This document shows positions 1 to 9,800 of a stretch of DNA of 64,000 nucleotides, in pieces. The stretch is from a virus (Duplodnaviria > Caudoviricetes). Numbering within the stretch: position 1 is the stretch's first letter; each line of letters begins with the position of its first letter. The DNA is taken from IMG/VR virus record IMGVR_UViG_3300028175_000001; one strand, 5' to 3'. The notes under the pieces were generated by a model. That model did no database searches and was not told where the DNA came from. It worked only from the letters and a program-made list of their open reading frames with translations. The position numbers and the translations under genes were made by a program.

Positions 1-1039
1 AACGACCCATTGCAACCTTTCGAATACTTTCATAAATAGAATGATTTGTGTTTTTTACATTTGTTTTTTTTATATTTAATACTGCTCTTAATCCAACTTC
101 AAATGTTATATTCTTTGCAAATTTAAATCTGTTTGCTCCCACAAGGTCTGATGTATATCCCATATTAAACGCAATTTGACACATTTTTTTAAAAAAACAA
201 TTTTTATAATCAGAATAATATTTTATTCCGTAAGGAAGCACATTTGACATAAACGAAGCGGCGGCTCCTTTATCATATTTGCTTGATACACTAACAGTAG
301 TTGAGTCAAAAATCAAACTACTATCAACAAGTTTAAAAGCAGGATCAGTTGGAACACTAAATGATTTTAAATTTATACCAAACATATTAGAGGGAGTACA
401 AGTGTTTGATAATTGATTTTTGAATGCTAATAGTCCTATTAAAATTTCACCAAAATATACACCAAGCTCATCAATATGTCTGTCATCAATACCCGCCAAA
501 TCAATTCTAGACAAATCTTTTTTATCTAAATAAGATTTTATTTTTTCTACCGCATAATCATTGTTATGTATTTTATTGTCTAGTCCCCAAATAATACTTT
601 TTTTTAATTCATCAAAAGTTTTAAATATTTTTACAGGAACATTTTTTGCAGAAAGCACTGTTATTTTTTCATCTTTACCCTTTTCTGTAAAATCTTCTGC
701 TAATATTTGTAATTTTGGGGGCCGTTCAGTGTCAAGATTATCTGTAGGTTTTCTTATTTTTGAAATTAATACATATCCCTTTTTTCTTTGATATTCGATA
801 TTAGCATACTTTTTTTTTTGAAATTCTTTATATTTGTTTGAAGCTAATTTTATCTCAGTTCTTGGTTGAATATTAATATTCATGCCTTCTAGTTCGTTAT
901 TTTTTTCTTCAAACATTTCGGCAAATTGTCCATTTTCTATTCTTAGGGTCAATTTATTCCAATCGGGATTTTTTGTAACATATCGTGTAAAAACCACGTC
1001 TCCCGGATTTCTTCTATCTATTTGACCTAAGTGAGCCAT
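1..1039 (-). CDS. Partial ORF (>345 aa, runs off the window start; not in the ORF track); hypothetical protein with a possible PD-(D/E)XK nuclease-like fold
   Basis: Hand translation from ATG at 1039 gives MAHLGQIDRRNPGDVVFTRYVTKNPDW..., later ELGVYFGEILIGL...PTDPAFKLVDSS...SVSSKYDKGAAASF; I found no stop before the window edge. Confidence 0.7.
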   Translation of the reverse strand, partial: MAHLGQIDRRNPGDVVFTRYVTKNPDWNKLTLRIENGQFAEMFEEKNNELEGMNINIQPRTEIKLASNKYKEFQKKKYANIEYQRKKGYVLISKIRKPTDNLDTERPPKLQILAEDFTEKGKDEKITVLSAKNVPVKIFKTFDELKKSIIWGLDNKIHNNDYAVEKIKSYLDKKDLSRIDLAGIDDRHIDELGVYFGEILIGLLAFKNQLSNTCTPSNMFGINLKSFSVPTDPAFKLVDSSLIFDSTTVSVSSKYDKGAAASFMSNVLPYGIKYYSDYKNCFFKKMCQIAFNMGYTSDLVGANRFKFAKNITFEVGLRAVLNIKKTNVKNTNHSIYESIRKVAMGR

Positions 1040-1041
1040 TG

Positions 1042-1266
1042 TTATTCTTTTTTATCTTTTTTATATTGAACAATTTTTTTTGCACGTTTTAAATCATCTT
1101 TAGAAAGGTTACCATATGGTCTCTCTAAAGAATCTGGTTGTTTATCTATTTTTCCACCCTTTTGTTTAAACTTATGTAAGGCTAATGCTTTTTTTAATGC
1201 ATCTTTATTATCTTCATCAACTTCTACTTCTTCTATTTCTTTTAAATATTGTTTAAATTTTTTCAT
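1042..1266 (-). CDS. Small basic protein, candidate internal head protein
   Basis: N-terminus MKKFKQYLKE resembles the T4 internal-protein capsid-targeting sequence; start overlaps the gp16 stop (ATGA). Confidence 0.55.
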   Translation of the reverse strand: MKKFKQYLKEIEEVEVDEDNKDALKKALALHKFKQKGGKIDKQPDSLERPYGNLSKDDLKRAKKIVQYKKDKKE

Positions 1267-1664
1267 TTTTCTTTATCCTTTAACATTTGTTGAAGTTCTG
1301 CAGTACTACCAATAAATAATGCATTTGTTACTTTATTAGGTGCCACATTGACTTCTTTTGTAATGTCTTTTACTTGTTTATGTACATTTACTAAATTTTG
1401 GTTTTGTTCGCCTACAGTTTTAATCAATTGACCAACAACTTCGAACATTCTAGCATTACCGCTATCTCGTGCATCTTGCAATAAATCTTCAATGGCCTCT
1501 TGGCCCCTTTCAATAATATTGTATATGTTTTCACGAGCATATTTATAATCAGTATTCAAATCATTTGCGTTTGAATCAACCAATTTTCTTTCAATTGGGG
1601 GCTTAATAATAGAACCAGGCGGAATTTTTAACAATTCATCTAATTTATCTTCAAAATTTTTCAT
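1263..1664 (-). CDS. gp16: Terminase small subunit
   Basis: DYKYARENIYNIIERGQEAIEDLL...RMFEVVGQLIK...NALFIGSTAELQ motifs of marine T4-like gp16; follows gp15. Confidence 0.9.
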   Translation of the reverse strand: MKNFEDKLDELLKIPPGSIIKPPIERKLVDSNANDLNTDYKYARENIYNIIERGQEAIEDLLQDARDSGNARMFEVVGQLIKTVGEQNQNLVNVHKQVKDITKEVNVAPNKVTNALFIGSTAELQQMLKDKEK

Positions 1665-1675
1665 TGTTATTTATT

Positions 1676-2611
1676 TTATCCATAAACACCTGTTGCAGGA
1701 TCGTAATCAACTGGTGGATTGTAAAAAGTTATTGTAGTATTTGCATCAAAATCATCTCCCGGAGTAATATATGTATTCGCTCCTCCTTCAGGAACAACTG
1801 TAATTTTACTGATTATATTACCAAGGCCCAATTCAGTTTCACTTGCTTCGGTTATAAGATGATCTCCCGTTTCTAGTTGAAAATAATCTTCTGAAAAATT
1901 TGTACTAGATTCTAAAGACAATCTTTCAAATACTCCAGTTGAAGGCGTCTCGGGAACAGTTTCTTTAAATGCAATTTCCACTGATTTAATAATTGATTGT
2001 CCGGATTTAATATCAGGATATATGAAACCCTTTAACATGAAATTTATTGTCCAAACAAGTGTTCTTCTGGCAGAAAATTCTCCTTCATAAGAATCCTCAC
2101 TTGTTGCACTTTGAAGAACAATTGGAATATCTAACTTGATTCCCATATCGGTTAAAATATTTACGCTTACATTGAATTCTGGAGTAAAAAAGGGAAGAAT
2201 TTGTTCTAATATTTGAGTACCGTCTTCAGCATTTTCTACAAACGCATATAAAGAAAAATCAAAAATGTATGGCGAAGGATTGAACATTTTTTTAATGTTT
2301 CTTTCACCATTAATCGAATCTTTATGAGTTAATGTACCTATTGTATTTAATTTTCTAATAGGATCATAAGCTATACCAGTCATTTCAAATCCTATTCTAG
2401 GAAGTTGAATAGCAACTTGTCTGTCTAGCGAAGCATCTTGATTTATTCTTGTAAGAAATTTTTGTTTTGGTCCATAGGATATCGGTACTTTTTGACGAGA
2501 TAAAACATTACCCCCCGAGTCCTTTTTTTCTATATTAATATCATTAAATAATGTTCCAAACAACGCAACATATTTTCTTATTGTTTGATGATAAAAAGTT
2601 TGACCTAACAT
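1676..2611 (-). CDS. gp15: Tail sheath stabilizer / tail terminator
   Basis: MLGQTFYHQTIRKYVALFGTLFNDI, VPISYGPKQKFL, LPRIGFEM, QILEQILPFFTP; synteny with gp13/14. Confidence 0.95.
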   Translation of the reverse strand: MLGQTFYHQTIRKYVALFGTLFNDINIEKKDSGGNVLSRQKVPISYGPKQKFLTRINQDASLDRQVAIQLPRIGFEMTGIAYDPIRKLNTIGTLTHKDSINGERNIKKMFNPSPYIFDFSLYAFVENAEDGTQILEQILPFFTPEFNVSVNILTDMGIKLDIPIVLQSATSEDSYEGEFSARRTLVWTINFMLKGFIYPDIKSGQSIIKSVEIAFKETVPETPSTGVFERLSLESSTNFSEDYFQLETGDHLITEASETELGLGNIISKITVVPEGGANTYITPGDDFDANTTITFYNPPVDYDPATGVYG

Positions 2612-2635
2612 AACACTCCATAAAGATTGTAATAT

Positions 2636-2643
2636 TATTTAGT
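2636..2643 (-). promoter_or_regulatory. Late-promoter-like motif (ACTAAATA) upstream of gp15
   Basis: Reverse strand reads ACTAAATA about 25 nt before the gp15 ATG, which has a GGAG Shine-Dalgarno; back-to-back with the + strand promoter. Confidence 0.55.
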
Positions 2644-2645
2644 TG

Positions 2646-2653
2646 TATAAATA
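2646..2653 (+). promoter_or_regulatory. T4-type late promoter TATAAATA
   Basis: Exact consensus, 5 nt before the ATG at 2659. Confidence 0.75.
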
Positions 2654-2658
2654 GTCTT

Positions 2659-3009
2659 ATGGCACTTACTATAAAAACTCAAGGCATCAATTTAACAATG
2701 TATCAGGGTAATAACTTTGAAAAAGTTTTTACCGCCAAAGATGCAAATAATTCAAATGTAACCATAAGCACAGGTACATGTGCTTCTGTTATGAAGAAGA
2801 ACCACACAACTACTAACACTTCTTGGATAATGTCTTTTACAGCGACAATATCTGGCAGTAATGTCACAATAACAGCTAATGCTACTCAAACAGCAAATAT
2901 GACTTCTGGTTTATATGTTTATGATGTTGAATACACCCAAGTGGATGCTATAACAAAAGAAAGGATAGTAGATGGTATGATCACAATTCTTCCAGAATCT
3001 ACTTCTTAA
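2659..3009 (+). CDS. Small beta-sandwich virion-associated protein (hypothetical)
   Basis: Own late promoter; YQGNNFEKVF...SGLYVYDVEY...RIVDGMITI pattern of small phage structural adaptors; opposite strand to neighbours. Confidence 0.6.
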   Translation: MALTIKTQGINLTMYQGNNFEKVFTAKDANNSNVTISTGTCASVMKKNHTTTNTSWIMSFTATISGSNVTITANATQTANMTSGLYVYDVEYTQVDAITKERIVDGMITILPESTS

Positions 3010-3866
3010 TAATCTCCCTCACTAAATGGATTTGATTCAGAAAAATCAATAATAGAATCCGCTTCTGTTTCAATAGTTATATTATTTGCAGAAGCATCAT
3101 TAACAAATATTTGAGTATTTGGTGTTGTAGTTACAGTAAAATATGCACTGCTTGTATTACCGACAACATTTTGAGAGGTAGTAAAGGTGCCCACTAAATC
3201 CGTTAATTTCAACAGTCTATCAGTAGAATTCCAAGACAACACTCTTCCCTTCGTATTTGCAGAACTTTCTGTGCTTCCAACATATACATATTCATCATCT
3301 ACATAATTTCCTGTTCCACCAGCATCCAATGATATTTCAATAGCATATGCATATTTATCTTCTATTGAGTCTATATCGTCAATTCCAGTATCAATTTTTT
3401 GATCATCATATTGAAATAGTTCACACGTTAAATCAAATATTGGTAATTTACCAAATTGATAAAACATAGATTCATGTTCGACAAATCTAACTTCGTATAA
3501 TTTTTTATTTAAAGGAAAAAATATTACATCGCCTTCTCTTGGCCTATCATAACCAGTATCTAAATTTTCCCATCGTCTTCTAGCTACAGAAAAAACTACT
3601 TGATCTCTTATTTCTAATCCAAATCTTGAAATAAAGTCGCCCTCTCCCTCAAAACCGTCAACTGATTTAACATACATTTCTATTAAATGAGATTGGTTAA
3701 ATTGTGAAATAGTATCTTCTCCCAAAAGAAGATCTTCATTCATATATTGTCTTGGAAGGTAATAGTTATCCACACCAAAATTTTTTATCGATTCTATAAT
3801 CAAATCTTGATGTAAATTTTGTTCTGATGTATTGTGTAGATGATTAAAATAAGAATTAGTAGGCAT
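3006..3866 (-). CDS. gp14: Neck protein
   Basis: EQNLHQDLIIESIKNFGVDNYYLPR, IEMYVKSVDGFEGEGDFISRFGLEIRDQ, RPREGDVIFFPL. Confidence 0.95.
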   Translation of the reverse strand: MPTNSYFNHLHNTSEQNLHQDLIIESIKNFGVDNYYLPRQYMNEDLLLGEDTISQFNQSHLIEMYVKSVDGFEGEGDFISRFGLEIRDQVVFSVARRRWENLDTGYDRPREGDVIFFPLNKKLYEVRFVEHESMFYQFGKLPIFDLTCELFQYDDQKIDTGIDDIDSIEDKYAYAIEISLDAGGTGNYVDDEYVYVGSTESSANTKGRVLSWNSTDRLLKLTDLVGTFTTSQNVVGNTSSAYFTVTTTPNTQIFVNDASANNITIETEADSIIDFSESNPFSEGDY

Positions 3867-4870
3867 TATCCTGGACCAACCATAAAGTCAACTGGTAATT
3901 CATATTTAAGAGATGCTTGTTCTTCTGTATCTCTCAATTCTTGATTTGCTTCTTCAAATAAGGTTCTCCCATTTAATGTGGTTCCTCCGGGAAGCTGTAC
4001 CCCTTCATATTTTATTAAATTAGCCCCCCACTGTCTTTTAAAAAGGGCTGTAATATATCTTTTTAAAAACATATCATTATATACATCTGCAAATGCAGTA
4101 GGATCAATTATTCTATATGCTTCTACTACAAGATATTCATCGACTTCAAGATCATTTTCCCAATCTAAGTCTATGTACAATCGATTTTGATGTCTATTAA
4201 ATCGTAGAGGTTTTTTTCCTACGAACATGTCATTCAACAATTGTAAATGTTGCATTGACATTTTATAATTTATTATAGAAGTAGCAGTAAGATAAGGCAT
4301 TTCATTTAAATGAAATTGATATCTAAATGAAAACATACTGCTTGATAATTGCCCCCCGCCAGTATCTTGTATATCAAAAATACCAGTCACACCAATTATG
4401 GAGTCATTTAATGTAATATAATGATTATCCATATCACCAAAAGTAACTAACGATGCATCAGTATCGGCTACTGCGGCCGTCCCACTTGAACTTCCAGTTA
4501 TCGTTTCAGCATTTGAAAAACTAGATGTAACATCATTATTTGAAATTCCATTCGTATCGTTATGTGATTTGAATGTTATAATAGTAGAATTTGCCGAAAC
4601 TACAGTTGCAGTTGCATTTGATGTTCCACCAGTTATTGTCTCGCCATCAGTAAAACCTGTTCCAGAAATAATTTTAACAGTTGAGCCAGTAATTTGATGT
4701 ATATTATACATTCTTTCAACACCATCAAAATGATATTCTTGAAAAAATTGTAACCCCTCATCAATTCGATCTTCTAATTGATCATCTTCTACATTTATTT
4801 CAATAACCGGTTGCCCTAATGTTCTAAGACAATATTGTTTTAACTCTTCTCTTGTACTAGGTTTTGCCAT
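3866..4870 (-). CDS. gp13: Neck protein
   Basis: MAKPSTREELKQYCLRTLGQPVIEINV, RQWGANLIKYEGVQLPGGTTLNG. Confidence 0.95.
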   Translation of the reverse strand: MAKPSTREELKQYCLRTLGQPVIEINVEDDQLEDRIDEGLQFFQEYHFDGVERMYNIHQITGSTVKIISGTGFTDGETITGGTSNATATVVSANSTIITFKSHNDTNGISNNDVTSSFSNAETITGSSSGTAAVADTDASLVTFGDMDNHYITLNDSIIGVTGIFDIQDTGGGQLSSSMFSFRYQFHLNEMPYLTATSIINYKMSMQHLQLLNDMFVGKKPLRFNRHQNRLYIDLDWENDLEVDEYLVVEAYRIIDPTAFADVYNDMFLKRYITALFKRQWGANLIKYEGVQLPGGTTLNGRTLFEEANQELRDTEEQASLKYELPVDFMVGPG

Positions 4871-4877
4871 TTTTATC

Positions 4878-6599
4878 TTAATTAGTATTTACAATTGATC
4901 CACCAGTATCCCTTACTCCTAATAGATAAATTGCTGTAGTAGGATGTTGTGTGGTGAGAAACCCCCCGTGGGTACCTGTCCAAATTGATCCGTTTGCTGT
5001 GACTGCAAACATATCAGCAGACGAATTTGCAACTGTAAGAATTTTTGTTGTCGCTGTGGTAGATAATCCTTTAACCAATAAAGAAGTACCAGTCGCACTA
5101 GTACTAGTTGAAAGAAATTCACCCAATGGTTCTGTATGAGCCTGATCAGACCAAATATTTATTCCTGGTTTATCTGCATTCTGTATAACACTAATTCCTA
5201 TTCCTGCATCTGTTGTAACTCTTAGTCCCATTGTTCCAGTAGCACCTGTTGCATCTTGTACTATATCAAGAATTGCTCTAGCATTTGTTGAACTATTATT
5301 ATCTGTAAGTTTTATCAAAGAACCATTGGCCGCATGTGAAGTACCAGTACCCAATCCATGATGTAATGAAAGTACATGACCCGTTTGAAATGAATCAGCA
5401 TTAATGTCAAAAACATTTGCGGTTGTTTGAGCCGCATCAATTGAAACTCCCATTTGGTCTACATCGTTTAAGTCTAAATACATTCCAGCTATTCCATCAG
5501 TCGAACCAACATTTACATGTAATTTACCACCTTGAGATCCGATAGTGTCTCCGCCAGCAAGTTGCATATATCCACCATAATCATTACCGAATTCCACCGT
5601 ATTAGCACCATCTGTAACTATATGCAAACTATCTGTTGAGTGATTATATACAAATCCTCCAGCATCAACATTATCAGGATCACCAAATGCAATAACACTA
5701 TTTGATACATTATTTGAAAGTAGAGTCAATCCAACCGCAGTATTACCTTCTATCACCATCTCATCAGCAACAGCCGATACTGCGGTTGCTGTCTGTAAAC
5801 CTTCTGCAAAATCTGTTCTTATGTGCAATCTACCTTTAGATGAAGTTGCAAGAGTTGGACTTGTCGTATATTCTGGAAAATTACCAATAGCAACATTAGA
5901 AGATCCTACATCTGTACCAAAAATAGGCCCGGTATTTGTTACAAGAACTGATGCACTATTTACGGATATATTTGCAGAATGCATAAATCCTCCAATAGAA
6001 TATGCATTACTATATGTTCCATTAGAAAATGTTGCGCCAGTAAATAAATGAGGACCCGGAGAAGACACTGTAACAACTTTATCAGAAGCCGTAATATTAA
6101 CGTTTACTTCATTAATTGTTCCACCGTCAATTGTGACAAGGGAAACTGTACCTAAATCGGCAACCGTTGCACCCGTAAGTGTGATTACAGATGATCCATT
6201 TGCATTGAAATTTCGACCATTTAAATTTATTTCACATTCATTTATTTGGGCTCTTTCAATTTTACTATCGGGACTAGCTCCAGAAATAGTTGCACCAGCA
6301 TCTTCAACTAACGCAAATTTATCAACAGTTCCAATATCAGTAACCGCGGCACCAGTAAAATCTACAATACCCCCAGTAAATATTAATCTAGAACCCGTTA
6401 CATTTGACCCCGTGACAATATTTGCTGATATTGTGTTGATTAAAAACCCACCCAAAGAATTAGCAGAAATCAAATTAGATGTAGGATTTTCATCTGAATG
6501 CTCATTCAATACGGTGATAATTTGATTGGTTTTCAGGCGCCATTGCTCAAAAGTGTTAACCAATTCTACACTAGTAATACTAGTATCAGATATTGCCAT
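4878..6599 (-). CDS. Fibre-like virion protein at the wac/gp12 position
   Basis: N-terminal NTFEQWRLKTN anchor-like motif; fibre-type segment DEMVIEGNTAVGLTLLS...IAFGDPDNVDAGGFVYNHSTDSLHI; S/T/G-rich. Confidence 0.65.
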   Translation of the reverse strand: MAISDTSITSVELVNTFEQWRLKTNQIITVLNEHSDENPTSNLISANSLGGFLINTISANIVTGSNVTGSRLIFTGGIVDFTGAAVTDIGTVDKFALVEDAGATISGASPDSKIERAQINECEINLNGRNFNANGSSVITLTGATVADLGTVSLVTIDGGTINEVNVNITASDKVVTVSSPGPHLFTGATFSNGTYSNAYSIGGFMHSANISVNSASVLVTNTGPIFGTDVGSSNVAIGNFPEYTTSPTLATSSKGRLHIRTDFAEGLQTATAVSAVADEMVIEGNTAVGLTLLSNNVSNSVIAFGDPDNVDAGGFVYNHSTDSLHIVTDGANTVEFGNDYGGYMQLAGGDTIGSQGGKLHVNVGSTDGIAGMYLDLNDVDQMGVSIDAAQTTANVFDINADSFQTGHVLSLHHGLGTGTSHAANGSLIKLTDNNSSTNARAILDIVQDATGATGTMGLRVTTDAGIGISVIQNADKPGINIWSDQAHTEPLGEFLSTSTSATGTSLLVKGLSTTATTKILTVANSSADMFAVTANGSIWTGTHGGFLTTQHPTTAIYLLGVRDTGGSIVNTN

Positions 6600-6816
6600 C
6601 TCTATCCTTACTTAATAATTTTAAAATTTTATTTACATTTTGTTGTATATTAATTATTTCATACTTTAAATTATTTATTTCCGCTTCATTAGACATTATC
6701 GTATTTGTTTGTAATACTTTATGCCTATGTTTCAATAAAGCCTGTTGGTCCGTTGCAATAAGCGCATTAGAATAACCATCTCTGTGATATCTTGGATCAT
6801 CTGTTTTTATTATCAA
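6586..6816 (-). CDS. Conserved small T4-like hypothetical with C-terminal coiled coil
   Basis: RDGYSNALIATD motif, then EINNLKYEIINIQQNVNKILKLL; overlaps both neighbours. Confidence 0.65.
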   Translation of the reverse strand: MIIKTDDPRYHRDGYSNALIATDQQALLKHRHKVLQTNTIMSNEAEINNLKYEIINIQQNVNKILKLLSKDRDGNI

Positions 6817-9800
6817 GGAGCGCCCTCACTATCAAGAGCAATTGCACGTAAATTGATTAATTTAGGGATTCCTATAAAAGTATCTTGTGCAACTCTATCT
6901 AAAGTCATAACCAACTTAATCGCAAACGTTCTAAATTTTTCATATTTTCCACCAGTTGCAGATATATAAGCAATTTTTTCATCTATAGTCTTAAATTCAA
7001 ATCGTTTAAAATCATTTTCATTTAATGAGTAAGTAGCGCTTGCTGTTTTTTGCTCCATAAGAAACCAGGGTTTTTCATCAAAAGATTCAGAATCATCCCC
7101 CGAAAGAACTTTATAATAAACATAAATGTTAGATCCTCTTGGCTTATATGCATCCATATACACTTTAAGATCCATTGCATCAAAACCCTCTTCTAATGTT
7201 ACCCGTCTTGAAATATATCTAGCTTTTAAATTACCACCAGAAGAAAATGATACCACATTAGCTGGTTGAATATTTACACTATTATTAGCGCCTTCACCAA
7301 CAATATCAACAACTGCGGTTGTCGTTCTTCGTACATTATCAGAAATAGAACTCGTTCCGTTAATATCCCAGTTAGTAATAGTTGGTGTAGAAATATATCC
7401 TGAACCACCATGCTTAACAGTAACTTGATTTATAATACCATTTGCATGTACATTAGCGGCTATTGTTGCGGTATTTGAACCAATATCAGGAGCAGACACT
7501 ACAAACACGCTTGTATTACCTTCTGATGACACATTACTGGTTATACTTCCGACTTCCGCGGTGTAATAACCAGTACCAAAATCAGACACAACAATATCAG
7601 AATTTGATAAACTTCCATTGTTAATAAGATTTTCAATAGTAATAACACCTGTTCTTGTCTCATCTAATATTGGAGATAGTAAAGTGTTTGCAGATTCAAA
7701 ATAAACATTAATTGTAAAACTGCTATTTGCGACTTGTGGATATGTAATTTGTTTTTGTTTTTTGAAATCAACATTTTTATTTTCTTTAAAATGCACTCCA
7801 ACATTTTTTGTTATTCCCGCTAAATCTGTTGCATGATAATTAAAACTTGTATATGTGTTTGCAAAGCTGGTTATTTCTGTCGATAATTTAAAAGTATCTA
7901 TAGTTGTATTTGAACTCGTGTTTCCACTTGACACATCAAAATTATCTAATCTGGCATATGCATTCGCTGAGGTAAATTCACATCTATTCAATTGAAACAT
8001 TAAACCTTGATCCGGTAATTCTTCCCAAACACCTACATTTGATGGATTGAAAAAACTTCCAACATAAGGCTGTTTTGTTATTTTCTTAGAAGTTCCAGTA
8101 TGATAAGCACCATATTCAAATCCATAAAGTTTATATGCACTACTATTGGTTTGTACACAAATTGAATATTCGTCTGGAGCAAGAAAAATAGGATGATCAA
8201 ATTTAAACATCGTTCTTGTACCCCTATCGGTATTGCTTCTATTTGCAGTATATGAATTCCCTAAAAATCCGTCAGGAAATCCTCCACTAGTATTTGCGAT
8301 AGGAGTATTTGTATTTGCAGTAATTCTTCCAGGAGATAAAACAACCTCGCTTCCGGGTATAATCAAGGAAGTGCTTGGCATTCCATTAATCATAGGTCTG
8401 ATCTGTAGACTTACGGGAGATTTAATTCCCTGTGAAGCGTCTTTTCCACTAAAAAACAAAGTTACAGAATCAAGAAAAACACCTGTAGAATATTGATTTT
8501 TATCAATAAAAAAAGACTGAGACATAGGGTTCATATAATCGGTAGACGTTGATTGTCTTCCGTCAGAAGTAGATCTTGTTATTCTTTCTTCTTTAATGTT
8601 TTCTCGTCTAGAAATTAAAGGTCTAGGCGAAACAATTCCTAAATCAGTTTTAGCATCAATCACTCCTGCTGAATGAAAAATTTCTTCGGCAACTGAGGTT
8701 GTAATAGCGGGAATATTGTCAGGATCATCTGTTAATCTAAAAAGATTTTGTGAACCAGCAAACTTACCAGAAGGAACATTGAAAACGCCCCCTACAACAC
8801 CTTCAGAAGAAACTGTTAATTGAGAATCTTCAAAATTATAATGGGAAATAGCAGAAATAGAACCGTTTGCTTGTGTCCTGTCTCCTTGGATTACGGTCCC
8901 AATAGTAAAAGAAGTTTGGGCCGACATATCCGTAAGTAAAACAGTACAATTATTTTGATTGTTTCTATCGCTCATGTAAATAATTTTAGCAGTATTGCTG
9001 GCATTTACTCCAGAGCCCTGAATTGTAACTTGTTCAAAATTTCCCGAAGTCGTTCTAAATACATTAGACGAACTTACGTTTGATAAACTCACGATTGAGG
9101 CTTGCTTTACATTAGCCGACATATTGCTATCAGCAAAATAAGCATAAACATTTTTATTTGGCTTCAATCCTTTAGCAATAAAAGTTATTGATTGTTCTCT
9201 TACCTTTGGAACTATGCTTAAATTGACTGTTTTATTTCCGATAGATTTAATTATTTTTTCCGGTACACTTCCTGTACTCAATCCAGTCAATGTTTTAGTT
9301 TGATCTGTTGTTTTTGCTCTTCTATCATTATTTCTTACATCACCGGTGTCTCTTATGCCTTCTTTAACATTGTTATTAATTTGAGTTCCTGACCAAATTT
9401 CCTCCCAATCATTCCAATGAGTCCCGTGTCCATTATATGTTAATTCAGAAGAAGTCCAATTATCATATTGACCTTCAACGTTAACCTTTACTTGCACTAA
9501 ACTACTTTGATCATACCACACATCACCATACGGATCTAGTTTCATTTGTCCTATATAATTCTGAACGGAGAATGGATTTATTTGAAAAGTTTTTTGGACA
9601 TTTTTACCATCATTCGTTCCTGTAAGAGGCATTTGTATAAACGTATTTGAAGAAAACGGTAATGTTAATATTCCGGAATTATTTACTAAAGTTGAAAAAG
9701 CGGTTCCACCTTCAGAATTTGCATTAAAATTTAATGGATATAAATCTGAACTAAAGGATGGTCTTAATTGTCTCTTATCGTAGTCAATTGACATAGAATA

